From: a virus
Taxonomy: Duplodnaviria; Caudoviricetes
Length of the DNA: 62,651 nt
Strand: one strand, 5' to 3'
Virus record (IMG/VR): IMGVR_UViG_3300031999_000017
Coordinates: 1-62,651 of that record
Part shown: in pieces, positions 1-8,933 of the stretch
How positions within the stretch are numbered: position 1 is the stretch's first letter
Layout: each line of letters begins with the position of its first letter
Notes under the pieces: model-generated
What the model was told of the DNA's origin: nothing
Database searches by the model: none
What the model saw: only the letters and a program-made list of their open reading frames with translations
Made by a program: the position numbers and the translations under genes

Positions 1-14
1 AGGGAGGGGGATAT
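1..14 (+). repeat. 14-bp inverted repeat, copy 1 (AGGGAGGGGGATAT)
   Basis: Exact reverse complement of 62325-62338. Confidence 0.75.
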
Positions 15-110
15 ATAAGGGGGGGTAAAGAAAAAGCGGCTTAAAATCGCCTAAAAACCTGCGTAATATTTTTATTGTATTTTTTTTAAGAAATAAATTT
101 GGAAGCAACT

Positions 111-235
111 GTAACAATCCGTAATATTGCATAACAAAACGAAACAAGCAATTCGTAACAATTAGATATATTTAGTAACATTACGATACAACATTTCGTA
201 ACATTTTGTAATAATAAGTAACATTTCGTAAAATG
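111..235 (+). repeat. Array of GTAA(C/T)A(A/T)T direct repeats, partly 10-bp phased
   Basis: Copies at 111, 121, 155, 175, 198, 208, 218; degenerate copies at 131, 141, 228. Confidence 0.7.
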
Positions 236-454
236 GGAAAATTTGATAAAAAAGAGGCTTGCGAGTATTGCGAGGAAAAAATGGAAGCAACATACAGGAA
301 TAAAAGATTTTGTTCTGCAAGATGCAGGGTGTATTGGAATAGGGAAAACAAAATGCTAACACAAGCGCCGCCAGTAGAAACAAAAAACGATTCTAAAAAA
401 GAGCTGGCCGGCTGGGAAAAATTAAGAAACAAAAGATTAGGTTTAAATAAGTAA
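233..454 (+). CDS. Small zinc-finger protein, probable DNA binder
   Basis: CEYC...RFCSARCR motif, basic. Confidence 0.7.
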   Translation: MGKFDKKEACEYCEEKMEATYRNKRFCSARCRVYWNRENKMLTQAPPVETKNDSKKELAGWEKLRNKRLGLNK

Positions 455-457
455 AAA

Positions 458-694
458 ATGAAACTATACAAACTTTTAGAAAGCGATGGGTATGGTTATT
501 TTAATTTACATACCGGCGGATTAGATAAAAAGACTGCTGAAGAAATGAGAAATGACCATGCAGAAACTTTCCCAGATTCAGATTGGATTATTGAGGAAGA
601 TGATGAATACGAAAAAAACAATGAGTTTAGGAACGTATCAAGAGAAGCTTGTGATGGGTGGGAAGATATTTATCCAGACAGAAACGATTATTAA
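458..694 (+). CDS. Hypothetical acidic protein
   Basis: Tightly packed ORF with A-rich leader. Confidence 0.7.
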   Translation: MKLYKLLESDGYGYFNLHTGGLDKKTAEEMRNDHAETFPDSDWIIEEDDEYEKNNEFRNVSREACDGWEDIYPDRNDY

Positions 695-709
695 TAAAAA
701 ATAAACACT

Positions 710-913
710 ATGACAGCAATCCAGTGGTTAAAAGACCAGTATATGAAAGCAGACGAGCCTGCGGAGGTTTTAAAAATATTATTAGCTTTTGAGGAAGCAA
801 TAAAATTGGAAAAGCAACAGATAATAGATGCTTATAACAAATCTTTTGAATTAAGAGATAAGCCATATTCAACAGCAGAAAAATACTATCAAGAAACATT
901 TAAAAAAGATTAA
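710..913 (+). CDS. Small phage protein, MTAxxWL/EKxQIIDA/YYxETF family, paralog 1
   Basis: Shares blocks with 916..1134 and 1767..2039. Confidence 0.8.
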   Translation: MTAIQWLKDQYMKADEPAEVLKILLAFEEAIKLEKQQIIDAYNKSFELRDKPYSTAEKYYQETFKKD

Positions 914-915
914 TT

Positions 916-1134
916 ATGACATCAATAGAATGGTTAATAGAAGAAATAGAGCCTTATGCAACAAGTAAATTTAGAGATACATTTAAACAAATAATCCATT
1001 TAGCCAAAGAAATGCACAAGCAAGAGATAATAGATGCTGTGGATTCCAATTTTACTTATTCTAATAATGAATATCCTACTTTGGGAGAACAATACTATCA
1101 AGAAAAATTTAAAACTAAAAAACAATTAAAATGA
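916..1134 (+). CDS. Same family, paralog 2
   Basis: MTSIEWL...KQEIIDA...EQYYQEKF. Confidence 0.8.
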   Translation: MTSIEWLIEEIEPYATSKFRDTFKQIIHLAKEMHKQEIIDAVDSNFTYSNNEYPTLGEQYYQEKFKTKKQLK

Positions 1135-1358
1135 AAAAAACAATTATCGGATTAGCTATTATCCTATCAATAGCAAGTTGTAAAAAAGAAAAAGTATGTA
1201 ACTGTGGTTTAGTTGTAAGCGATGATCCAGCAAATTATTCTGTTGTAATTAGAAACGGTTGTAGCGGAAATGAAAAAACATTTTATCTTACTGCTGGGGA
1301 CTGGATGAACGCATTTGTGGGCAGCGACTATTGTATTACTAACGAAAAAAGCTGGTAA
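1131..1358 (+). CDS. Cys-rich lipoprotein
   Basis: MKKTIIGLAIILSIAS-C lipobox; four further Cys. Confidence 0.75.
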   Translation: MKKTIIGLAIILSIASCKKEKVCNCGLVVSDDPANYSVVIRNGCSGNEKTFYLTAGDWMNAFVGSDYCITNEKSW

Positions 1359-1359
1359 A

Positions 1360-1557
1360 ATGGATAAAATATTTAAAACTGAAGAAGAAGCAGTTAAATG
1401 GATAGCAAATAATGTCCCCTTTGCAGTAAAACCAAAAAAGATAGCAAAAACTAAATTTATATATCCATTTGCAACTTACCACGCACACGATCAAGTTGTA
1501 AATTCATTAGGTAAAAGCTTATTCAAATATCAAGAAGAGCAAACACAACAACAATAA
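1360..1557 (+). CDS. Hypothetical protein
   Basis: ATG at 1360 just after upstream stop; start trimmed from track ORF 1315. Confidence 0.6.
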   Translation: MDKIFKTEEEAVKWIANNVPFAVKPKKIAKTKFIYPFATYHAHDQVVNSLGKSLFKYQEEQTQQQ

Positions 1558-1582
1558 TTATAAACAATTAAAAATCAAAAAA

Positions 1583-1762
1583 ATGGCAACAGAACACAAA
1601 ATTGAAATTACTTACAAAGAAGAAAATGGATCTATCCAAGTACAAATGAACTCCGATGGCCTATCGCCATACACATTAATTGGAGTTTTTGAGCACTTTA
1701 TAGGTAGAATCAAAAAAAGATTGGATGGAACAGATGTAGAACTTATTAATCAAGAAAATTAA
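1583..1762 (+). CDS. Hypothetical protein (59 aa, MATEHKIEITY...)
   Basis: Translated by hand; fills the gap, A-rich leader. Confidence 0.65.
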   Translation: MATEHKIEITYKEENGSIQVQMNSDGLSPYTLIGVFEHFIGRIKKRLDGTDVELINQEN

Positions 1763-1766
1763 AATC

Positions 1767-2039
1767 ATGAAAACTGCATTAGAAAAAGCAATTGAAGATT
1801 TAAAAGGTTACAAAACCTTTAGCGATAAATTGGATATAAAATTTGCTTGCATATTGCTTGAAAGCTATTTGGCTCAAGAAACAGAACAAATTAAGCAAGC
1901 TTTTATTGATGGCGAAGCAAATGTATGGGACAGACATCGCGATGAAAATTATTTTGAATTTGAAAACCCGGAAGATTATTTAAAAAAAACATTTAAAAAC
2001 AAAAAAGATGAAAAAAATAGTAATTATTCTACTTTGTAA
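1767..2039 (+). CDS. Same family as 710..913, diverged paralog 3
   Basis: MKTALE...ETEQIKQAF...EDYLKKTF. Confidence 0.7.
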   Translation: MKTALEKAIEDLKGYKTFSDKLDIKFACILLESYLAQETEQIKQAFIDGEANVWDRHRDENYFEFENPEDYLKKTFKNKKDEKNSNYSTL

Positions 2040-2559
2040 TTTATTTACAATTTGCTCTTTTGGGCAAGAATTTATGGGAATTAAAGTTGATGGAGATTTA
2101 AAAACCGTAGTTGATAAGTTTATTAATAAGGGATTTAAAATAACATACACAGAAGTTCCAAATGTTACAACGGCTGTTGGGTATTATTCCGGCACTCTGT
2201 TTGAAGTAAACATTGTTTCAACTCCTATTTCTAAAAAAGTTTGGAAGTTTGCTGTTTATTTGCCAAAAAAATATGATTGGTACACATTGAAATCAGAATA
2301 TACAAGCTATAGATCAAGTCTTATAGAAAAGTATGGCTTGCCAAGAAACACCTATACTGGTTTTGCTAGCCCTTATTATGAAGGTGATGGATATGAGTTT
2401 TCGGCAGTTAGAAACAATAAATGTAGCTATTCTACTGTTTGGGACGATATGTCAATAGAAATTTCTCAATTTTCACAAGTTAGAATATCTTATGAAAATA
2501 CAGTAAATTCTGCCATATATGATTCTGAAAAAAACAATATTAATCAAACGATATTTTAA
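2008..2559 (+). CDS. Exported protein with Sec signal peptide
   Basis: MKKIVIILLCNLFTICSFG-Q, Bacteroidota-type SPI. Confidence 0.75.
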   Translation: MKKIVIILLCNLFTICSFGQEFMGIKVDGDLKTVVDKFINKGFKITYTEVPNVTTAVGYYSGTLFEVNIVSTPISKKVWKFAVYLPKKYDWYTLKSEYTSYRSSLIEKYGLPRNTYTGFASPYYEGDGYEFSAVRNNKCSYSTVWDDMSIEISQFSQVRISYENTVNSAIYDSEKNNINQTIF

Positions 2560-2561
2560 TA

Positions 2562-2828
2562 ATGGAAAGAACAAAATTAGATGAAATTATTGATCAATGT
2601 CCAGAAGCTTCTTTTTTAAAAGCGGATGGTTATGATGATTGTGTTTTGGGTTATGAATACAACTGGGATGGTAATATGAGGCTTATTTATCCAGTTAAAG
2701 CCATACTTAATAAAATGGTAAGCGAAGATGAAATGAGCGAAGAAGATGCAATTGGGCATTTTGAATTTAATATGAGGGGCGGATATGTTGGAGAACAAAC
2801 CCCTATTTGGTGTCAAGACGATTTTTAA
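2562..2828 (+). CDS. Conserved phage hypothetical protein
   Basis: ADGYDDCVLG...EEDAIGHFEFN..GGYVGEQTP pattern recalled from aquatic phages. Confidence 0.75.
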   Translation: MERTKLDEIIDQCPEASFLKADGYDDCVLGYEYNWDGNMRLIYPVKAILNKMVSEDEMSEEDAIGHFEFNMRGGYVGEQTPIWCQDDF

Positions 2829-2836
2829 TAAACAAT

Positions 2837-3178
2837 ATGGAAAGATTTACAGATAATACGTATTCATTAGCTAAGGCCTTACATCACATAAACATAGCTA
2901 AAATGTATTTTGAGGACATACGTACCGGCACTTCTGGTGAAGTAAAAAATGTGTTTAACCAGTACATTTTAAGGTGTGATTGGATAATGGATAACATGAA
3001 GTGCCGGCTTACAGAAGAAAATAGAGAAGCACTAAAAAAAGAATTGGAAGATTCTATTTCTTTTGAAGCAATAAACGATCAGCTAGTTCGTTTGACGAGC
3101 GAACAAAGGGCTTTTGTAGAAAATATTATTTTGGCTATGGCTTCTGGAGAAGAAGTAAAAATAGTAAACAATGAATAA
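2837..3178 (+). CDS. Hypothetical helical protein
   Basis: ATG at 2837; packed in the operon. Confidence 0.65.
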   Translation: MERFTDNTYSLAKALHHINIAKMYFEDIRTGTSGEVKNVFNQYILRCDWIMDNMKCRLTEENREALKKELEDSISFEAINDQLVRLTSEQRAFVENIILAMASGEEVKIVNNE

Positions 3179-3413
3179 CGATTGGGCTAATTATAGTTTT
3201 GGCAAATACAAAAAAGCAAAGTACAAACTTTATGTAAATAATCAAGTTGCTTATTCTTTTGTAACTACTCTTAGAAGCGAAGAAGAGTGTGTTGATTTAT
3301 TAAAAAAAATGGCAATTAATGCAGTTAGCAAATACACAAAAAGTTTTTCAATAACAAAAACGATTGAAGGAGATACGACCACGCTTTATATTGGATCGGT
3401 AAAAGGAATGTAG
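3171..3413 (+). CDS. Hypothetical protein
   Basis: Start overlaps upstream stop. Confidence 0.6.
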   Translation: MNNDWANYSFGKYKKAKYKLYVNNQVAYSFVTTLRSEEECVDLLKKMAINAVSKYTKSFSITKTIEGDTTTLYIGSVKGM

Positions 3414-3435
3414 TGTAAAAAACATTATTTATATT

Positions 3436-3690
3436 TTAAGGTATTTTTTTTTCTTCTATTAATATATTTTGATCTGATCCATTTTCCATTACACTTAATC
3501 TGTTTTTTTTTAATTCTACTTTTACGTTTTTAAGTATAAATGGGTATTCTGATACTTTGCAAACTAAATATCCATATATGTCTGAAATCAAAAATTGATA
3601 AGATCCTTCATTATTTAAAGCCGCTATTACTGCGGCATATTTATTTAATACGCCGGGTTTATAAAAAGTAATAGTAAGCTCTGTTTTCAT
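3436..3690 (-). CDS. Hypothetical protein
   Basis: Last gene of the leftward operon. Confidence 0.6.
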   Translation of the reverse strand: MKTELTITFYKPGVLNKYAAVIAALNNEGSYQFLISDIYGYLVCKVSEYPFILKNVKVELKKNRLSVMENGSDQNILIEEKKIP

Positions 3691-3691
3691 T

Positions 3692-3874
3692 TTAAATATG
3701 TAATTTAAAAAGCAAAACCAATAAAATAACTGTAAACAAAGCTATTAAAATTATAGCAAAAAGGTTTGCTTTTTCTATTTCTTTGATTTCGTCTGTTTTG
3801 TTGTAGTATTTTTTTAATCTTTCAGCTTGTTCTTTTTGTTCTTTAGTTTCACTAATAAATTGTTTTTGTGCCAT
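3692..3874 (-). CDS. Small membrane protein
   Basis: C-terminal TM helix LFAIILIALFTVILLVLLF; ATG at 3874. Confidence 0.65.
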   Translation of the reverse strand: MAQKQFISETKEQKEQAERLKKYYNKTDEIKEIEKANLFAIILIALFTVILLVLLFKLHI

Positions 3875-3884
3875 GGGTTTTGTT

Positions 3885-4484
3885 TTATTTTTTAAATTTA
3901 ATGTCAACTATTTGAAGTTTTGCTCTAATTGCTATTAGCATTTGCTTTAATTCGTCTCTTGACCATTTACAAACTTTTTTTGAATCTTCTAATAAGTCCA
4001 TTACTACTCCCGGGTGTTCTAATTCTAAATTTACAGCAAACATACCAAGCTCTCCTTGATTATACTGGTTACATGTTTTACACTGGGGGCGTAAATTTCT
4101 TAAATCCCAACGTAAAAAAAGATTTACCCTTGAAACAAAATGTCCGCAATCCATTATTTTCCAATCAGACATTTGCGCACAAGTAAAACATTTAGTAACG
4201 CCGTATTTATCTGCTTCTTTTTTTCTAACATACTGGCTAAATGCTATATCAAGGTCTTTAATCAAAAAAGCTTTTTCTGCATTAAAATAATTGCCAGACT
4301 TAGATTGTGTTTTATGAAGATCTCTTGATATTGCCTTTGTTTTTGCTTTTGTAATTTGAACTTTTGTTTTCTGTTTGTTCCTGCACTTTAAACAATACAA
4401 ATTTCTTCCAACTTTTACGCAATTGGTGTCTTTTTCATTACAATCCGGGCTACTACAATTTCCAAATTTAGTTTTCGGTATCAT
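3885..4484 (-). CDS. ninG: NinG/Rap-family recombination endonuclease with extra N-terminal Cys cluster
   Basis: FSQYVR..CFTC..DCGHFVSR..LRWDLRNLRPQCKTCN. Confidence 0.85.
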   Translation of the reverse strand: MIPKTKFGNCSSPDCNEKDTNCVKVGRNLYCLKCRNKQKTKVQITKAKTKAISRDLHKTQSKSGNYFNAEKAFLIKDLDIAFSQYVRKKEADKYGVTKCFTCAQMSDWKIMDCGHFVSRVNLFLRWDLRNLRPQCKTCNQYNQGELGMFAVNLELEHPGVVMDLLEDSKKVCKWSRDELKQMLIAIRAKLQIVDIKFKK

Positions 4485-4499
4485 TGCTGTTTTTTATTA

Positions 4500-6545
4500 T
4501 TAAAAATCAACTCCTGTTTCTGCCGGCCGCCATCCGCTTGTTTTATTATCTAATTTTATTTCTTGCTGCGTTAATTGATTTTTATAATGCCAAGATGCAA
4601 CAGGATCTACTGGATTCCCGCCTTCTTCAAGCCTTTCTAAAAAAGCGCAACCGCCTCTATACATTTCAAACTTTACTGGCATCTCAAGAGATGTGGGCCT
4701 GCCTCCAGTTTCTGTGTCTTTTATCTTACGAACATGTACCTCTGTTACCATCCAGTCTGTAGGGTGCTGTGTAATCCTGTGGATAGTTAAAAAATCGTCT
4801 GCTTTGTTTGCAACCTTTTGTCCTCCTTCTGTGTCTTGTTTATTCGGAGCTGCAACATATTTCTTTTCGGCATCTTTTGTTCTTGCGGCAGCGGTTACTG
4901 CGTGATGATTTACAAACCAGCCAAAATTGTTTTTTTGTCCAAATGCTTTTATTTCGCTTAAAGCTTCATAGTGATATTCGTGCGTATTAAGCTTGCTAAA
5001 TCCACTCAAATCTATTTTCAGAGAGTTATACGGATCTATCATTCCGTAATTATATTTCTTTGATTTAAGCGTCTTTTTAACCATGTTTATAATGTCTTTG
5101 TAATTATACAAATCCTCTTGTGCTTTTATTAAAGCAAAATGTTCTTCTACAAACTTCTTTGCTATTTGATATTCAGTTTCACTCATTGCATATTTACCAG
5201 TTAAGGGCTTCCCCCAGTAAAACTGTATCATCTTTCTCATAAAAGCACCAAGTGTATTTTCGCTTGAAAATATAATACCCTTCCAACCATGGTGCATTGC
5301 AGCAAGTAAGCATAAATACCAAGTAAAAACAGACTTTCCGGTGTTATCTATACCATTAGTCATAACCAAGTTGCCTTCTTTAAAAAGGAAATATTCATCA
5401 AGCGATGGACTTCCGGTAGTAAGGCCCATTTGTAGCGTGCCATCTCTTACTGATTGTAAATAACTATCATAATCTTCCGGCTTTGCCAAAAAAGAATAAT
5501 CTTCATCATCTACATTCACGCGAGAAGTAATAACCCTTGTACTTGTGGCTTCTTTTTTAACTTCTTCTCTATCTCCATAACCCATTTCGTAAAGCTTTCT
5601 ACTAGCCTCCGTAAAATCCTTGTTACACTCAAGAACAGCAAAAACCGCATACGGTAAATATGCTTTTTCTGGCTCAAATTCAGAACTAGTAGTAAACACA
5701 CTAAACCATTTCTTATTTTCATCATAGTTTCCAGAAGATTGAGAAGAGGCTTGACCGGGCCTTAAAAAAATAGTTTTTTGTCCCTGTCTTTTTACAACCT
5801 TCCACCCGTTGTTTTGTAACAAACCAACTACATCTCCACGATTATTGTAATCTTCAAATGGAGACATCCCTTTTATTTTTTTATTAACCACCTTAACCGG
5901 AGCAATAAATTCTTCAACTACTTCGTTAAATTGACGAGCAATTCCAAGAAGCAAATCCCTTTCTTCTGGAGTTACTTCTGTAATGCTGTAAAAATCGCCA
6001 TGAATTAACCCATACCCAACGGACGGATAACAGACGATTTGGCCGCCCAAACCCCTTGTCTCTATAAGAACCCTTACCTTGTCATTTATCTTTGATTTTT
6101 GGGCTGTTTTAGAAGCTTCTGCATGGTCTTTGCCTTTTGTAACCTCTGCTTCGTATGTTTTATCGTAAGTTTCTTGTTTTTCTTCGTCCGTTGTTGCCCT
6201 GTTTGCTAATTTTGTATTTCCACCAATATTTAAACATCGGTAAATAAAATGATAGCCTCCATTTTTTGTTTTTTGAACAACAAGCTTTGCGAGTAAATTA
6301 GAATCAAGCTCATGGATTAACCTTTTGTAGTTTTCATAAAGCTTACCATCAAGGCTGTATTTTTGGTCAATGTCAATAACCTCAATGTTGCCAGAAGGCT
6401 TACCGCAAACTAATCCAACTGCAATACAATTGCTCAAATCGTATTTCTGTGTTGAATTTTGCCAGTCTTTTACTAAAGGTTGCTTCATTGCGTTTACCGG
6501 AATAAACTGCAACCCTTCTATTTCGTGTAATTCTTCACAATTCAT
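4500..6545 (-). CDS. Primase-helicase: Prim-Pol N-domain plus SF4 (DnaB/T7 gp4-like) helicase
   Basis: GLVCG..IEVIDID..TKNGGYHFIY..IETRGLGG; Walker A GIDNTGKS; Walker B MIDPYN; start could be 6545, 6551 or 6554. Confidence 0.85.
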   Translation of the reverse strand: MNCEELHEIEGLQFIPVNAMKQPLVKDWQNSTQKYDLSNCIAVGLVCGKPSGNIEVIDIDQKYSLDGKLYENYKRLIHELDSNLLAKLVVQKTKNGGYHFIYRCLNIGGNTKLANRATTDEEKQETYDKTYEAEVTKGKDHAEASKTAQKSKINDKVRVLIETRGLGGQIVCYPSVGYGLIHGDFYSITEVTPEERDLLLGIARQFNEVVEEFIAPVKVVNKKIKGMSPFEDYNNRGDVVGLLQNNGWKVVKRQGQKTIFLRPGQASSQSSGNYDENKKWFSVFTTSSEFEPEKAYLPYAVFAVLECNKDFTEASRKLYEMGYGDREEVKKEATSTRVITSRVNVDDEDYSFLAKPEDYDSYLQSVRDGTLQMGLTTGSPSLDEYFLFKEGNLVMTNGIDNTGKSVFTWYLCLLAAMHHGWKGIIFSSENTLGAFMRKMIQFYWGKPLTGKYAMSETEYQIAKKFVEEHFALIKAQEDLYNYKDIINMVKKTLKSKKYNYGMIDPYNSLKIDLSGFSKLNTHEYHYEALSEIKAFGQKNNFGWFVNHHAVTAAARTKDAEKKYVAAPNKQDTEGGQKVANKADDFLTIHRITQHPTDWMVTEVHVRKIKDTETGGRPTSLEMPVKFEMYRGGCAFLERLEEGGNPVDPVASWHYKNQLTQQEIKLDNKTSGWRPAETGVDF

Positions 6546-7026
6546 AACCATCAATTTTGTTTTGTAATTTTCTATCTAATTGAGTTCTTAAAGCCATGTA
6601 ATTAGCAAGAACTTTCGCTATATAATCAACATTTACGCAGCATCCAGTAAAAAAAACAGGATCTATTGTTGCTCCATTTGGATATTTCAACCCCCCCCTT
6701 GCATTAAACCTAAAAGCAAGCAGTATTTCCTCTAAAGTTAAATCCCCATATCCAAAATCTAAAATAAATTTAGTGATTTCTTCAGCAATAAACTTTGCAA
6801 AAAATTCTGTATTGGGCAAAGCACATCCACAAATGGCTGCAACCCTAAGCATTATTTGGTCTATGGCAAGCTTTGTATCATCTTCATCTAGCTGGCTAAA
6901 AGAATACCCAATAAACCTACTATCAACTATTTTCTGTTCCGGTTTGGTTAAATTTGTTGTGCTTGCTAAATCTTTCAGCAAATAACTCTTCCCCTTGTGC
7001 TTTAAAATTTCCGCTAAATTTTCCAT
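6535..7026 (-). CDS. Replication-associated protein, possible helicase loader
   Basis: Lies between initiator-like gene and helicase; LTLEEILLAF motif. Confidence 0.55.
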   Translation of the reverse strand: MENLAEILKHKGKSYLLKDLASTTNLTKPEQKIVDSRFIGYSFSQLDEDDTKLAIDQIMLRVAAICGCALPNTEFFAKFIAEEITKFILDFGYGDLTLEEILLAFRFNARGGLKYPNGATIDPVFFTGCCVNVDYIAKVLANYMALRTQLDRKLQNKIDGYEL

Positions 7027-7441
7027 TTTTTTCTTTTTTTAGTTTAACTATATCCTTATCCTTATCCTTATCCTTAATGATTAGATAATCATTACCAAAT
7101 GATTCTGGAATCATTGACATAAGATTATGCTTTTCTAACTCTTTTACTACTGAAATAATAACAGGTCTATTGCTATTTAATGATGTGTATTGAAACTTTA
7201 AAAACTTGGGAATAAACCAATTATTGTCTTTTAAAATTATTCTTCCTTCCGTAAACAATAAAAGATCTTCTTCTGAAACGCTTGTATTACACATTAAATT
7301 CAAAAGCCGAATACTTCTCTTACAAATTCCTGCATGATTACAATTATCCAGTAACCATTGCCAAATGATTCGGTAATCATTACTTAATGATATATACCAA
7401 TCGTCATTCCACTTTTCTGTGTCGGTAAGCCTTTTTGCCAT
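6923..7441 (-). CDS. Replication initiator / replisome organiser-like protein
   Basis: MAKRLTDTEKWNDDWY..L..WLLDNCNHAG N-terminus and KDKDKDKD tract typical of phage initiators. Confidence 0.7.
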   Translation of the reverse strand: MAKRLTDTEKWNDDWYISLSNDYRIIWQWLLDNCNHAGICKRSIRLLNLMCNTSVSEEDLLLFTEGRIILKDNNWFIPKFLKFQYTSLNSNRPVIISVVKELEKHNLMSMIPESFGNDYLIIKDKDKDKDIVKLKKEKNGKFSGNFKAQGEELFAERFSKHNKFNQTGTENS

Positions 7442-7444
7442 TTA

Positions 7445-7645
7445 TTAAAGTTTAAAATCTGTATCTAAAACATTGTTTATTTTATCAAGAACATCGCAGG
7501 TTAATAAAACTCTATTTGCAAGTACATTTGAGATATGAGCTTGCGAAATTCCAGATCTTTCTGCTAACCAAATTTGCTTTGTTCCTTTATCCTCAAGATA
7601 CTTTTTAATCTTTTCCGGGACACCATTGTTCTCTTTTTTTCTCAT
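7445..7645 (-). CDS. XRE/Cro-family HTH regulator
   Basis: KQIWLAERSGISQAHISNVLAN. Confidence 0.85.
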   Translation of the reverse strand: MRKKENNGVPEKIKKYLEDKGTKQIWLAERSGISQAHISNVLANRVLLTCDVLDKINNVLDTDFKL

Positions 7646-7663
7646 TTATCTTATTTTATTTTG

Positions 7664-7693
7664 CAAATATAATCATAAAACTAATATTTCAAA
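7664..7693 (-). promoter_or_regulatory. Bacteroidota sigma-A promoter for the replication operon
   Basis: TTTG-N18-TATATTTG on the minus strand. Confidence 0.7.
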
Positions 7694-7777
7694 ATATTTT
7701 TTTTAAAAGAAAAATTTTGCGGATTAAAAAAACATTTATACTTTTATAAAAATTATTAATCACTAAAACTTAAAATT

Positions 7778-8182
7778 ATGAAATCATTAAAATTAATTTT
7801 GTTGTTTGTTGTTTTAATTTTAAACAAATCTTTTTCGCAAGAAGTTATTTTAACTCGTGGTGCACAGGTTTTGAAATTTGATAACAATCGTAAAACCTAT
7901 TACAACTCTAAAGTGTTTAACGAAATAGATATTTTTAGTATTGATAAAAAATTTATAAAAATAGATTGTTCTGATCGTTTTAATAGAGATACGGTTTATA
8001 CCATTATTGAAAATTGTGGAGAAATAAAAACATCAGAAGATAAATCTATTTGGTATATCTGTAAAGATGTTGACGGAGGAACTTGTTGGATTTATATATC
8101 CACAGGGGTTGAAAAAAATCAAGACAAAACAATTGAAATTCAATATTCAAATTCGTCTATTGTTTATTACGTAGTAAAATAA
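7778..8182 (+). CDS. Exported protein with signal peptide
   Basis: MKSLKLILLFVVLILNKSFS-Q. Confidence 0.7.
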   Translation: MKSLKLILLFVVLILNKSFSQEVILTRGAQVLKFDNNRKTYYNSKVFNEIDIFSIDKKFIKIDCSDRFNRDTVYTIIENCGEIKTSEDKSIWYICKDVDGGTCWIYISTGVEKNQDKTIEIQYSNSSIVYYVVK

Positions 8183-8188
8183 AATAAA

Positions 8189-8488
8189 ATGGAAAAAAAA
8201 CTCCCAGAAACTTCTCACGAAGCGCACAAAAGCATGACAAATGAATTATTATCAAAACATCAATCTCAAATTATAGACGCTTTAAAGATTTTAAAAAAAG
8301 CTACTTCAGAAGAAATAGCTATTTATTTAGATTGGGATGATAAAAATAGATCAGCAAGAAGAATGTCTGAACTTGAAAGAGAACAGATAGTTTACAAGCC
8401 GGGAGAAAAAAGAAAAACAAAGTATGGAAGAAATGCTTTTGTTTACGAGCTAGTTAAAAAAGAAACAATAGTATTATCTTTGTTTTAA
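8189..8488 (+). CDS. Winged-helix DNA-binding protein
   Basis: TSEEIA..ARRMSELE..GEKRKTKYGRNAFVY. Confidence 0.7.
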   Translation: MEKKLPETSHEAHKSMTNELLSKHQSQIIDALKILKKATSEEIAIYLDWDDKNRSARRMSELEREQIVYKPGEKRKTKYGRNAFVYELVKKETIVLSLF

Positions 8489-8491
8489 TAA

Positions 8492-8647
8492 ATGGCTAAG
8501 AAAAAGATAATAAAAACGGAAGTTATTGACACACCTCTAAATGATTTGAAAAAAATATATATTTACATAAGGGATTGGAAAATATTAACACCAATTCCTT
8601 ATGTTTTTAAAATTGATTTTAAAAAAATAAAAGAACTTTTAAGATAA
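8492..8647 (+). CDS. Hypothetical protein (51 aa)
   Basis: Translated by hand; fills the gap. Confidence 0.5.
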   Translation: MAKKKIIKTEVIDTPLNDLKKIYIYIRDWKILTPIPYVFKIDFKKIKELLR

Positions 8648-8659
8648 TATATATTAAAA

Positions 8660-8887
8660 ATGCAGCTAACTATATCTGGTTGTATTGATTGCCCATTATG
8701 CAACATTAATTTTAATTTAGATTATTATTGTTCTCACCCAAAGTTTGATAATGTAGCGCTTATAATAAAATGTGATGATAAGGAAGATCCAATAACACCA
8801 GAAGATTGCCCACTTAATGAATACCCAATAATTATATCAAAAAAAGAATGGCCAAATTTTGAAGATTTTTGGAATAAAGAAAATTAA
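8660..8887 (+). CDS. Small Cys-rich protein
   Basis: CIDCPLC..C..PEDCPL. Confidence 0.7.
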   Translation: MQLTISGCIDCPLCNINFNLDYYCSHPKFDNVALIIKCDDKEDPITPEDCPLNEYPIIISKKEWPNFEDFWNKEN

Positions 8888-8916
8888 AAAACCCACTTTT
8901 TTAAGGTGGGTTTTTT
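8886..8916. terminator. Bidirectional intrinsic terminator
   Basis: AAAAAACCCAC-N9-GTGGGTTTTTT between convergent genes. Confidence 0.8.
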
Positions 8917-8933
8917 AATAAAATTTAAAATTA

